Source: Laetmonice hystrix (lineage: Eukaryota). From it: a DNA stretch of 64,000 bases. The stretch is from NCBI GenBank assembly GCA_965235115.1, contig OZ249436.1, forward strand, positions 2,482,001-2,546,000, written 5' to 3'. Shown piece after piece: positions 1-11,469 of the stretch. The position numbers and the translations under genes were made by a program. The notes under the pieces were generated by a model, which did not search any database, was not told where the DNA came from, and saw only the letters and a list, made by a program, of their open reading frames with translations. Each line of letters starts with the position of its first letter. Within the stretch, counting starts at the first letter, position 1.

Positions 1-3000
1 AACACCAGGGTGCAGCACAACTGCACTGAAGCGGAGGGGCGGGGGTCCCCGACTGCACTGCTACCTTCCGGCTAGCGGTGGAATCACCACGTACTGGCAG
101 GCACCTGTGGCTCTGAGGCGAGACACAGGTTAAGGCAATGATAAGCGAAAAATGGCTACATTTTTGATACGTCAAATTGAAACTAAGCCTCCCAAAACTA
201 TGATTCTTAGGCCAGATGTACGACTGTCAAACATATAGGTCTCGTACGTTCGCTACAGCTATATGGTTGTGATGTGTACACTTCCCATTTGAGCATGTTC
301 TCCAGATTTTAACATTAGATGCTCCTCGCCTGTACCTTTCATTTCCACTTCCTCACTGTAGTGTTTGCACCTTTCATTAGGCCAGTCGGTAAGATTTAAG
401 GATTTCTCACTCTACTGGTTGGCCTTCCCCACTGCTTGGCCCCACAGTGTACTGTTTGGCCTCACTGTAGGCCTACTCTTAGGCCTCACTGTAGTGTTCG
501 CTTTGGTACTAGGCCAGACAGTATACCTTGTAGCCATTCCTCCCTGTACTGTTTGGTCTTCCTCTACCGTTTGCTTGTATACAAGAGTAGCCAGTAGTAT
601 AGGGACGCCTCATGTTTCATGTTTCCATGCCTTTATTGTCCAGGAGGAAGGCCATCCATTTCGTCTATCATCTACTCCCATCTAATCTATGTCCCCTACA
701 GACCATCTGTAAGCGTCCGACAACGTTGTCAGGTCGTCCCAATGACTGTTTGCCGAAAAGCTTTAGTTAACAATGGAAAATGACGTTGTACGCCTTTTCT
801 ATATCAGATATCCCATCCCCAAGTAACAAACAAACAAAGGAAGGTTACCGAGATTTTGCAGGCAAGAAACACCAGGGTGCAGCACAACTGCACTGAAGGG
901 GGGGGGGGGGGACTCCGACTGCACTGCTACCTTCCGGCTAGCGGTGGAATCACCACGTACTGGCAGGCACCTGTGGCTCTGAGGCGAGAGACAGGTTAGG
1001 GCAATGATAAGCGAAAAATGGCTACATTTTTGATGCGTCAAATTGAAACTAAGCCTCCCAAAACTATGATTCTTAGGCCAGATGTACGACTGTCAAACAT
1101 ATAGGTCTCGTACGTTCGCTACAGCTATATGGTTGTGATGTGTACACTTCCCATTTGAGCATGTTCTCCAGATTTTAACATTAGATGCTCCTCGCCTGTA
1201 CCTTTCATTTCCACTACCTCACTGTAGTGTTTGCACCTTTCATTAGGCCAGTCGGTAAGATTTAAGGATTTCTCACTCTACTGGTTGGCCTTCCCCACTG
1301 CTTGGCCCCACAGTGTACTGTTTGGCCTCACTGTAGGCCTACTCTTAGGCCTCACTGTAGTGTTCGCTTTGGTACTAGGCCAGACAGTATACCTTGTAGC
1401 CATTCCTCCCTGTACTGTTTGGTCTTCCTCTACCGTTTGCTTGTATACAAGAGTAGCCAGTAGTATAGGGACGCCTCATGTTTCATGTTTCCATGCCTTT
1501 ATTGTCCAGGAGGAAGGCCATCCATTTCGTCTATCATCTACTCCCATCTAATCTATGTCCCCTACAGACCATCTGTAAGCGTCCGACAACGTTGTCAGGT
1601 CGTCCCAATGACTGTTTGCCGAAAAGCTTTAGTTAACAATGGAAAATGACGTTGTACGCCTTTTCTATATCAGATATCCCATCCCCAAGTAACAAACAAA
1701 CAAAGGAAGGTTACCGAGATTTTGCAGGCAAGAAACACCAGGGTGCAGCACAACTCCACTGAAGCGGAGGGGCGGGGGTCCCCGACTGCACTGCTACCTT
1801 GCGGCTAGCGGTGGAATCACCACGTACTGGCAGGCACCTGTGGCTCTGAGGCGAGAGACAGGTTAGGGCAATGATAAGCGAAAAATGGCTACATTTTTGA
1901 TGCGTCAAATTGAAACTAAGCCTCCCAAAATTATGATTCTTAGGCCAGATGTACGACTGTCAAACGTATAGGTCTCGTACGTTCGCTACAGCTATATGGT
2001 TGTGATGTGTACACTTCCCATTTGAGCATGTTCTCCAGATTTTAAGATTAGATGCTCCTCGCCTGTACCTTTCATTTCCACTACCTCACTGTAGTGTTTG
2101 CACCTTTCATTAGTCCAGTCGGTAAGATTTAAGGATTTCTCACTCTACTAGTTGGGCTTCCACACTGCTTGGCCCCACAGTGTACTGTTTGGCCTCACTG
2201 TAGGCCTACTCTTAGGCCTCACTGTAGTGTTCGCTTGGGTGCTAGGCCAGACAGTATACCTTGTAGCCATTCCTCCCTGTACTGTTTGGACTTCCTCTAC
2301 CGTTTGCTTGTATACAAGAGTAGCCAGTAGTATAGGGACGCCTCATGTTTCATGTTTCCATGCCTTTATTGTCCCGGAGGAAGGCCATCCGTTTCGTCTA
2401 TCATCTACTCCCATGTAATCTATGTCCCCTACAGACCATCTGTAAGCGTCCGACAACGTTGTCAGGTCGTCCCACTGACTGTTTGCCGAAAAGCTTTAGT
2501 TAACAATGGAAAATGACGTTGTACGCCTTTTCTATATCAGATATCCCATCCCAAAGTAACAAACAAACAAAGGAAGGTTACCGAGATTTTGCAGGCAAGA
2601 AACACCAGGGTGCAGCACAACTGCACTGAAGCGGGGGGGGGGGACTCCGACTGCACTGCTACCTTCCGGCTAGCGGTGGAATCACCACGTACTGGCAGGC
2701 ACCTGTGGCTCTGAGGCGAGAGACAGGTTAGGGCAATGATAAGCGAAAAATGGCTACATTTTTGATGCGTCAAATTGAAACTAAGCCTCCCAAAATTATG
2801 ATTCTTAGGCCAGATGTACGACTGTCAAACGTATAGGTCTCGTACTTTCGCTACAGATATATGGTTGTGATGTGTACACTTCCCATTTGAGCATGTTCTC
2901 CAGATTTTAACATTAGATGCTCCTCGCCTGTACCTTTCATTTCCACTACCTCACTGTAGTGTTTGCACCTTTCATTAGGCCAGCCGGTAAGATTTAACGA

Positions 3001-6000
3001 TTTTCCACTCTACTGGTTGGCCTTCCCCACTGCTTGGCCCCACAGCATACTGTTTGGCCTCACTGTAGGCCTACTCTTTGGCCTCACTGTAGTGTTCGCT
3101 TGGGTGCTAGGCCAGACGGTATACCTTGTAGCCATTCCTCCCTGTACTGTTTGGTCTTCCTCTACCGTTTGCTTGTATACAAGAGTAGCCAGTGGTATAG
3201 GGACGCCTCATGTTTCATGTTTCCATGCCTTTATTGTCCAGGAGGAAGGCCATCCGTTTCGTCTATCATCTACTCCCATCTAATCTATGTCCCCCACAGA
3301 CCATCTGTAGGCTAAGCGTCCGACAATGTTGTCAGGTCGTCCCAATGACTGTTTGCCGTAAGGCTTTAGTTAACAATGGAAAATGACGTTGTACGCCTTT
3401 TCTATATCAGATATCCCATCCCCAAGTAACAAACAAACAAAGGAAGGTTACCGAGATTTTGCAGGCAAGAAACACCAGGGTGCAGCACAACTGCACTGAA
3501 GCGGAGGGGCGGGGGTCCCCGACTGCACTGCTACCTTCCGGCTAGCGGTGGAATCACCACGTACTGGCAGGCACCTGTGGCTCTGAGGCGAGACACAGGT
3601 TAAGGCAATGATAAGCGAAAAATGGCTACATTTTTGATACGTCAAATTGAAACTAAGCCTCCCAAAACTATGATTCTTAGGCCAGATGTACGACTGTCAA
3701 ACATATAGGTCTCGTACGTTCGCTACAGCTATATGGTTGTGATGTGTACACTTCCCATTTGAGCATGTTCTCCAGATTTTAACATTAGATGCTCCTCGCC
3801 TGTACCTTTCATTTCCACTTCCTCACTGTAGTGTTTGCACCTTTCATTAGGCCAGTCGGTAAGATTTAAGGATTTCTCACTCTACTGGTTGGCCTTCCCC
3901 ACTGCTTGGCCCCACAGTGTACTGTTTGGCCTCACTGTAGGCCTACTCTTAGGCCTCACTGTAGTGTTCGCTTTGGTACTAGGCCAGACAGTATACCTTG
4001 TAGCCATTCCTCCCTGTACTGTTTGGTCTTCCTCTACCGTTTGCTTGTATACAAGAGTAGCCAGTAGTATAGGGACGCCTCATGTTTCATGTTTCCATGC
4101 CTTTATTGTCCAGGAGGAAGGCCATCCATTTCGTCTATCATCTACTCCCATCTAATCTATGTCCCCTACAGACCATCTGTAAGCGTCCGACAACGTTGTC
4201 AGGTCGTCCCAATGACTGTTTGCCGAAAAGCTTTAGTTAACAATGGAAAATGACGTTGTACGCCTTTTCTATATCAGATATCCCATCCCCAAGTAACAAA
4301 CAAACAAAGGAAGGTTACCGAGATTTTGCAGGCAAGAAACACCAGGGTGCAGCACAACTGCACTGAAGGGGGGGGGGACTCCGACTGCACTGCTACCTTC
4401 CGGCTAGCGGTGGAATCACCACGTACTGGCAGGCACCTGTGGCTCTGAGGCGAGAGACAGGTTAGGGCAATGATAAGCGAAAAATGGCTACATTTTTGAT
4501 GCGTCAAATTGAAACTAAGCCTCCCAAAACTATGATTCTTAGGCCAGATGTACGACTGTCAAACATATAGGTCTCGTACGTTCGCTACAGCTATATGGTT
4601 GTGATGTGTACACTTCCCATTTGAGCATGTTCTCCAGATTTTAACATTAGATGCTCCTCGCCTGTACCTTTCATTTCCACTACCTCACTGTAGTGTTTGC
4701 ACCTTTCATTAGGCCAGTCGGTAAGATTTAAGGATTTCTCACTCTACTGGTTGGCCTTCCCCACTGCTTGGCCCCACAGTGTACTGTTTGGCCTCACTGT
4801 AGGCCTACTCTTAGGCCTCACTGTAGTGTTCGCTTTGGTACTAGGCCAGACAGTATACCTTGTAGCCATTCCTCCCTGTACTGTTTGGTCTTCCTCTACC
4901 GTTTGCTTGTATACAAGAGTAGCCAGTAGTTTAGGGACGCCTCATGTTTCATGTTTCCATGCCTTTATTGTCCAGGAGGAAGGCCATCCGTTTCGTCTAT
5001 CATCTACTCCCATCTAATCTATGTCCCCTACAGACCATCTGTAAGCGTCCGACAACGTTGTCAGGTCGTCCCAATGACTGTTTGCCGTAAAGCTTTAGTT
5101 AACAATGGAAAATGACGTTGTACGCCTTTTCTATATCAGATATCCCATCCCCAAGTAACAAACAAACAAAGGAAGGTTACCGAGATTTTGCAGGCAAGAA
5201 ACACCAGGGTGCAGCACAACTGCACTGAAGCGGGGGGGGGGGGGGGTCCGACTGCACTGCTACCTTCCGGCTAGCGGTGGAATCACCACGTACTGGCAGG
5301 CACCTGTGGCTCTGAGGCGAGAGACAGGTTAGGGCAATGATAAGCGAAAAATGGCTACATTTTTGATGCGTCAAATTGAAACTAAGCCTCCCAAAATTAT
5401 GATTCTTAGGCCAGATGTACGACTGTCAAACGTATAGGTCTCGCACTTCGCATTTGAGTATCTTCTCCAGATTTTAACATTAGATGCTCCTCGCCTGTAC
5501 CTTTCATTTCCAGTACCTCACTGTAGTGTTTGCATGGGTACTAGGCCAGCCGGTAAGATTTAAGGATTTTCCACTCTACTGGTTGGCCTTCCCCACTGCT
5601 TGGCCCCACAGCATACTGTTTGGCCTCACTGTAGGCCTACTCTTTGGCCTCACTGTAGTGTTCGCTTGGGTGCTAGGCCAGACGGTATACCTTGTAGCCA
5701 TTCCTCCCTGTACTGTTTGGTCTTCCTCTACCGTTTGCTTGTATACAAGAGTAGCTAGTAGTATAGGGACGCCTCATGTTTCATGTTTCCATGCCTTTAT
5801 TGTCCAGGAGGAAGGCCATCCGTTTCGTCTATCATCTACTCCCATCTAATCTATGTCCCCCACAGACCATCTGTAAGCGTCCGACAACGTTGTCAGGTCG
5901 TCCCAATGACTGTTTGCCGTAAAGCTTTAGTTAACAATGGAAAATGACGTTGTACGCCTTTTCTATATCAGATATCCCATCCCCAAGTAACAAACAAACA

Positions 6001-6167
6001 AAGGAGGGTTACCGAGATTTTGCAGGCAAGAAACACCAGGGTGCAGCACAACTGCACTGAAGCGGGGGGGGGGGGGGTCTCCGACTGCACTGCTACCTTC
6101 CGGCTAGCGGTGGAATCACCACGTACTGGCAGGCACCTGTGGCTCTGAGGCGAGAGACAGGTTAAGG
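1..6167. repeat. ~865-bp tandem satellite array, block 1 (~7 monomers, continues beyond window start)
   Basis: Same monomer recurs every ~865 bp (identical spurious ORFs at 365, 1231, 2963, 3835, 4697). Monomers differ by a few substitutions and poly-G length. The last monomer is interrupted by the Merlin insertion. Confidence 0.98.
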
Positions 6168-6351
6168 GGCTCATGTCAGGGAACTGCCGTGACGTCACGC
6201 CCGGGAGAAAATGGTGGATATGCAGGAAATCCCGAAAATAGTTCCGTAAAATCATTTAAATAACAATAACGTTAGGCTGACAATAAAATGATTGGGTGGT
6301 AGGCCCTAGTAGACAGGTGCGTATGGCTACGTGGTCGATAAATTGGATAGA

Positions 6352-6702
6352 TCGGCAAGGTTTGCAGTTTGGCAGGTATAGGCAAAGTCGGAAGGTAGGC
6401 AAAGTCGGCAGGTAGGCAAAGTCGGCAGGTAGGCAGGGAGGCAAAGTCGGCAGGTAGGCAAAGTCGGCAGGTTGGCAAAGTCTGCAGGTAGCAGAAGGCA
6501 ATGTCGGCAGGGAGGCAAAGTCGGCAGGTAGGCAAGGTCGGCAGGTAGGCAAAGTCGGCAGGCAGGCAAAGTCGGCAGGTAGGCAAAGTCGGCAGGTAGG
6601 CAAAGTCGGCAGGTAGGCAAAGTCGGCAGTTTGGCAAAGAAGGCAGGTAGCAGAAGGCAAAGTCGGCAGGTAGGCAGACCGGCAAGGTTGGCAGGACGGC
6701 AG
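6352..6702. repeat. 17-bp subterminal minisatellite (GGCAAAGTCGGCAGGTA)n of the Merlin element, copy 1
   Basis: Roughly 18-20 perfect or degenerate units read directly. It explains the low-complexity LPADFAY/CRLC ORFs. Confidence 0.95.
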
Positions 6703-6957
6703 GAAGATAAGCTAGGAAAACGAAATGGGGAATGATTTTTTTGGCCAGACAGAAAGATTTGTATGCATGGAGTGTATTATACATGGACATTAATGTTAAA
6801 TGTTCATCATAATCGAATTACGAATGTTGAGGACTATGACTGCGAAGAAATCCATAATTAAAACCAGGTTAATACAATGGAATCATAAATAACTCGAAAT
6901 AAAATGTTATCCTTGTTATGTTTTATTTATTTTCATCACTTGAGCATCTTACAACGT

Positions 6958-7793
6958 GTCGATATGCAGGAATTCCGGAAAGTAGTTTGCGTCAGACATC
7001 ATTGGTGTGTATACCGTTGTAATACATGTGACTTCAGATGTTTTCACTGCACATTTAATTTATGAACATATTTTTGTTTACGGACCGGCTACACGCATTC
7101 CATTGTTGGAAGTGCAAGTGGTGTATCTCTTTGCCATGGACATCCAGATATATTAAGTTGAACGGCTCGTGCCAACCTTGTCTCGTGGCGTTATATGCGA
7201 CCTCTACACCAAGAGCCGCAGCGTCTGTTCTTCTGAAGTTATGAGGGAACCACTTCAGTTAGGAGGGCATGTAGAAGCAGTTGTGGAAATCGACGAAAAC
7301 TTATTTGGTAAAAAACGAAAATATCACCGCGGGGCAAAAACCACAGTGGGTACTCGGCTTGGTTGAAAAGCGCACTGGAAAGTTCGTGATACAAGTTGAG
7401 AATGACCGTAAGAAAGAAACATAGCAACCAATTATAAATGAGCATGTTAGGTCCGGTGCTACTATTTATTCTGATGGGTTCGTTGCTTATCAATCTATAG
7501 CTAAGGAGCAGGGTTATCATCACCGTCTTGTAAACCACAAGAAGGAATTCAAGTCTGCAGAAGGGATTTACACAAACACCATAGAGGGGTTATGGGGAAA
7601 CATCAAGTGGCGAATTAAGCGCATGAAAGGCATTTATCCAAGTCAACCGAGTGTCATTCTACACGAAGCCATGTCCCGCAAGAACAGGGGAGGCAAAGAT
7701 ATATATCATGTACTTCTGAAAGACTACGACATGATACAGAAGTCTTACCGTTTATGTGAAAAGAAAACGAAAGAGGAGCCCAGCTACAGTTAA
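6958..7793 (+). pseudogene. Merlin/IS1595-family DDE transposase, disrupted, copy 1
   Basis: Manual translation: WCVYRCNTC (Zn-ribbon-like) ... LGGHVEAVVEIDENLFGKKRKYHRG / frameshift ~7335 / QWVLGLVEKRTGK...KET*QPIINEHVRSGATIYSDGFVAY...VNHKKEF...YTNTIEGLWGNIK, TAA at 7791-7793. Catalytic D (EIDE), D (SDG) and E (TIEG) are present, with an in-frame TAG at 7422. The 5' limit is approximate. Confidence 0.92.
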
Positions 7794-7843
7794 CAATAAT
7801 AAGCGTACAGAACACTACAGTGGGGAGACTGAAATGCAGTTGG

Positions 7844-7859
7844 TTTATTGATCAATAAA
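7844..7859. terminator. Palindromic bidirectional polyadenylation signal candidate TTTATTGATCAATAAA
   Basis: Perfect 16-bp palindrome giving AATAAA on both strands, lying between the stop codons of the two convergent genes (7793 + and 8365 -). Also at 34467-34482. Confidence 0.5.
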
Positions 7860-9145
7860 AAGGCATGGATCGAATCTGTATTACACAAAGCTATTATCCA
7901 TGTGTACTTGACATAGGGAAATATACATAATTATGTTGAGGGCTAAAAAAGATCTGATGAATTATAGCTTACCCTTTTGAATGCATTCATTGCCAATTAA
8001 TAGCGTTAATGCACTATAACATTATTACTTTACGTATTTACTTTCTCTTTTTCCGCGTAACTTGCGATGATTTCGGTACAGAACGTTTTCCACTGTGACA
8101 CTCCTCCGTGACTGCAGGTTCACTACTTTGTGGTGTAGATACTACGCCTATTTGTGTGTCCTCTATCGGGTTGCTGTCGTCGCTGAAGATTTAATAGACA
8201 AGGGTAAGACATGTGTGGACAGACATATTAGGTCTATGACTAAAGTGGATTGTTTAATACTTGCCATGATGCCGCAAGAAGATGTTTACCTACCCATCCC
8301 CACTATTATACCATATATAATGGCATGTATAGATCTTAGTATGGCCGACATATAAGGACTTGACCTACATTGTGTCCGATGGGGAGGGTAGAATGGTGTT
8401 CATAAGCTCTGTGTGGGGGTGGACAAGACGAATGGCATGAAGCTCCTCCTCACTGAAGGCCGAGACGTTGTTGAATCGGGTCCTGTAGAACTCCAAGGAG
8501 GACCCCGTTTCACCTCGGTACCGATCCTCCTCAGACAGGGTGTCTGGGCGGGCCTTGAAGAAAGTGTCTGAATGAATGCCTTCCATCCTGTTCCTTCTTT
8601 TGAACCACCCTACTTTCAGGCGTTGTAAATGCTTCTAGCTCCGCTGAAATAAGCAGATAAATAGTAATTAGTTCCATATCGAAAGAGTATAGGTTATATG
8701 CAGTAGCGGCGAAGCAGACAATGTATATATATATATATATATATCGGTGGAGCCATTTTGCTTGAGGTCATTTGCGGGGGGGGGGGGGGCTTAACAAAAT
8801 TTACAAAAGCCATAGGATTATAGGGCCCCCGATAAAATCATGGCGGGCAGTGCCGCCTAACTTCCGCCGGCTATGATATGTAACACACGGAAATGGATAT
8901 ATTAGGGCTGCTGAATGTGTAGGGCTATATTATGTTAAATGCTTCTTTCTGATGGATACGGCTTTGGAGTTTTTCACATGTTTTTCCAGAACTCGCACTG
9001 TGACGATAGGGCGAATGGTAACCTCCCGTATACACTGGTAGTGCAGTCTACTGCTGTGCTAGTCATGAATGAAGGCAGTATCATTATCCCATCCCCTACA
9101 GGGGGATGGGATCTTCAGATTGTACGGTTTCGTCTTCCCTATTAT

Positions 9146-11415
9146 TATCCCATCCCCCGTCAGGGGATGGGATCTTGAAATTGTCTGGTTTCGTCTTCCC
9201 TATTATTATTATTCTTTGCGTTGTAGTAGTAGTAGTAGTAGTAGTAAACAGTGCCTCTATCTCAGTCAGTTTTCAAGATATCTCAATCAAACTTGGCTCA
9301 GATCTTGACCATGACAAAGTCAGGTCACACAATCAATCATGACGTCACGTCACGTCACGTCATGACGTCATGACGTCAAACGTGTCTTACACATTGGGGC
9401 CATAATTTTAAAGGTCATATTCGAAATTTTTAAAACCCATCATGGCGTCTTAATCAGGCAAGGATCCTGTCTCAAGTCGACCCTTCATTTGACCTTTGAC
9501 CTTTGACCTTAGGGAGAACTGGCTCCTGGGTCAGAATCGGGCTGAATCGCTACCCCTTCCCCATTTGTTGGTAAAATTTGACAATATCAGGTACTACCAC
9601 TCTACATCGAAAGGTTTAAAACATACAAAGAGGGATTAGCGATTTGACCTATATTTACTGAGCCACGTGACCTTAAAGTTTTCAACAGCGGTCAGTTGAG
9701 ACATTTATGGGTATAACTTGTAAAAGGTGCCAGATAGGGCCACAGTTACTATTGAACATGAATAGGAAGTCATATATCGTCTTTCATTTGACACCATTAT
9801 TTTGTAGGTCACGTGACCTATGACGTCATAACGACGTCACCTATATTTTCCCAGGGTTATAACTTGTAAATGGTTGAAGATAGAGCCATAGTTACTATTA
9901 AACACTTATAGAAAGTCATATATGCTCTTTCATTATACACCTTCATTTTCCAGGTCACGTGACCTATGACGTCATAGCAGTGTTGCCAATATGTCCCTAG
10001 GGCTATAACTCGTAAACGGTGCCAGATAGGGCGACAGTTACTATTGAACATGAATATGAAGTCATATATGGTCTTTCATTTGGCACCATTGTTTTGTAGG
10101 TCACGTGACCTATGACGTCATAACGACTTCACCTATATTTTCCCAGGGCTATAACTTGTAAATGGTTGAAGATAGAGCCATAGTTACTATTAAACACTAA
10201 TAGGAAGTCATATATGCTCTTTCATTATACACCTTCATTTTCCAGGTCACGTGACCTATGACGTCATAAGAATGTCATTGACATTTTCTCAGGGCTATAA
10301 CTTGTAAACTGTGCCAGATAGAGCCATAGTTACTCTTGAACACGAATAGGAAGTCATATATGGTCTTTCATTTGGCACCATTGTTTTATAAGCCACGTGA
10401 CCCATGACGTCTTAACGTCGTCACCTATATTTTCCCAGGCCCATAACTTGTAAATGGTTGAAGATAGAGCCATAGTTACTATTAAACACTAATAGGAAGT
10501 CATATATACTCTTTCATTATACACCTTCATTTTCCAGGTCACGTGACTTATGACGTCAGATCAAGGTCGCCAATATGTTCTCAGGGCCATAACTTGTAAA
10601 CGGTGCCAGATAGGGCCATAGTTGCTATTGAACACGAATAGGAAGTCATATATGGTCTTTCATTTGAGACCATTATTTTTCGGGTCACGTGACCTGTGAC
10701 GTCATAACGACGTCACCTATATTTGCCCAGCGTGATAACTTGTAAATGGATGAAGATAGAGCCATATTTACTATTAAACAGTAATAGGAAGTCATATGTA
10801 CCCTTTCATTATACACCTTCATTTTCCAGGTCACGTGACCTATGACATCATAAGAATGTCATTGGCATTTTCTAAGGGCTATAACTTGTAAATGGTTGAA
10901 GATTGAGCCTTAGTTACTAGTAAACCCTAATATGAAGTCTTATATACATGCTCTTTCATTATGCACCCATAGCTTTCCAGTCACGTGACCTATGACGTCA
11001 TAGCAAGGTCGCCAATATTTTCCCAGGGCTATAACTTGTAAATGGTGCCAGATAGGGCCATAGTTACTATTGAACACGAATAGGAAGTCATATATGCTAT
11101 TTCATTTGGCACCATTGTTTTGTACGTCACGTGACCTATGACGTCATAAGGAGGTCACCTATATATTCCCTGGGCTATAACTTGTAAATGGTTGAAGATG
11201 CAGCCATAGTTACTATGACGTCATAAGGATGTCATAAATATTCTCTCAGGGCTATAACTTGACACCTTTCCTGGCACTTCACAAACACCACTGCCTATCA
11301 CAGATGTGTCGGGAAGTGTCTGCCTTGAACGTAGCTCTTCTCAAACTCAATATCAGAAAGGACATGTCACCCCGGGGATGGGATCCATCGTGGTCTCGCC
11401 ACGACATGACTAGTT
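9146..11415 (+). mobile_element. Helentron-associated element (HINE/DINE-1-like), inner element nested in the outer one, copy 1
   Basis: Has its own 5' subTIR and inverted repeat (9146-9173), (GTA)n at 9222-9246, 146-bp core array, 3' subTIR (11374-11384), hairpin TCGTGG-TCTCG-CCACGA and CTAGTT end. Removing it restores CCCTATTATT|ATTCTTTGCG of the outer element. Confidence 0.82.
9660..11260. repeat. 146-bp tandem core array of inner HINE (~11 units, mostly alternating A/B), copy 1
   Basis: Anchor AGGTCACGTGAC (or close variant) at 9660, 9806, 9952, 10098, 10244, 10390, 10536, 10682, 10828, ~10978 and 11124. Confidence 0.93.
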
Positions 11416-11427
11416 ATTCTTTGCGTC

Positions 11428-11469
<42 letters not shown>

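Noticed and set aside
365..685. Repeated 106/121-aa hydrophobic + strand ORF in each monomer as a tandem membrane-protein gene array
   Set aside because: Often starts at TTG, and is freely broken by frameshifts, the 252-bp deletion and insertions. It has no recognisable domain and is a by-product of the T/C-rich satellite strand.
371..715. Possible micro-exons per monomer (cattag|GCCAGTCG|gtaaga, 8 nt, and ctacag|ACCATCT|gtaagc, 7 nt, summing to 15 nt)
   Set aside because: Short motifs are expected by chance. The 252-bp deletion removes one and the dimorphic block alters the other's pyrimidine tract, so frame is not maintained. Only spliced RNA-seq reads could revive it.
805..835. 5S rRNA, snRNA or SL RNA gene in the monomer (CCCATCCCCAAGTA resembles antisense 5S, AATTTTGG Sm-like site on minus)
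   Set aside because: Similarity is limited to about a dozen bases. The rest of 5S and any SL donor or stem context are missing, and the Sm-like site is variable.
799..1041. Repeated minus-strand MTHQKCSHF ORF
   Set aside because: TTG start, and the frame changes with poly-G length from copy to copy.
6162..6165. piggyBac/Kolobok assignment of the 9.7-kb element from TTAA at both junctions
   Set aside because: The duplication is the full 8-bp GGTTAAGG, the TIRs only align from 6168/15914, and the transposase is IS1595-type.
6352..6702. CRISPR-like array (also considered for the 146-bp array)
   Set aside because: Contiguous tandem units without unique spacers, no cas genes, eukaryotic context.
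6256..6790. Cys/Pro-rich ORFs in three minus frames
   Set aside because: Translations of the 17-bp minisatellite.
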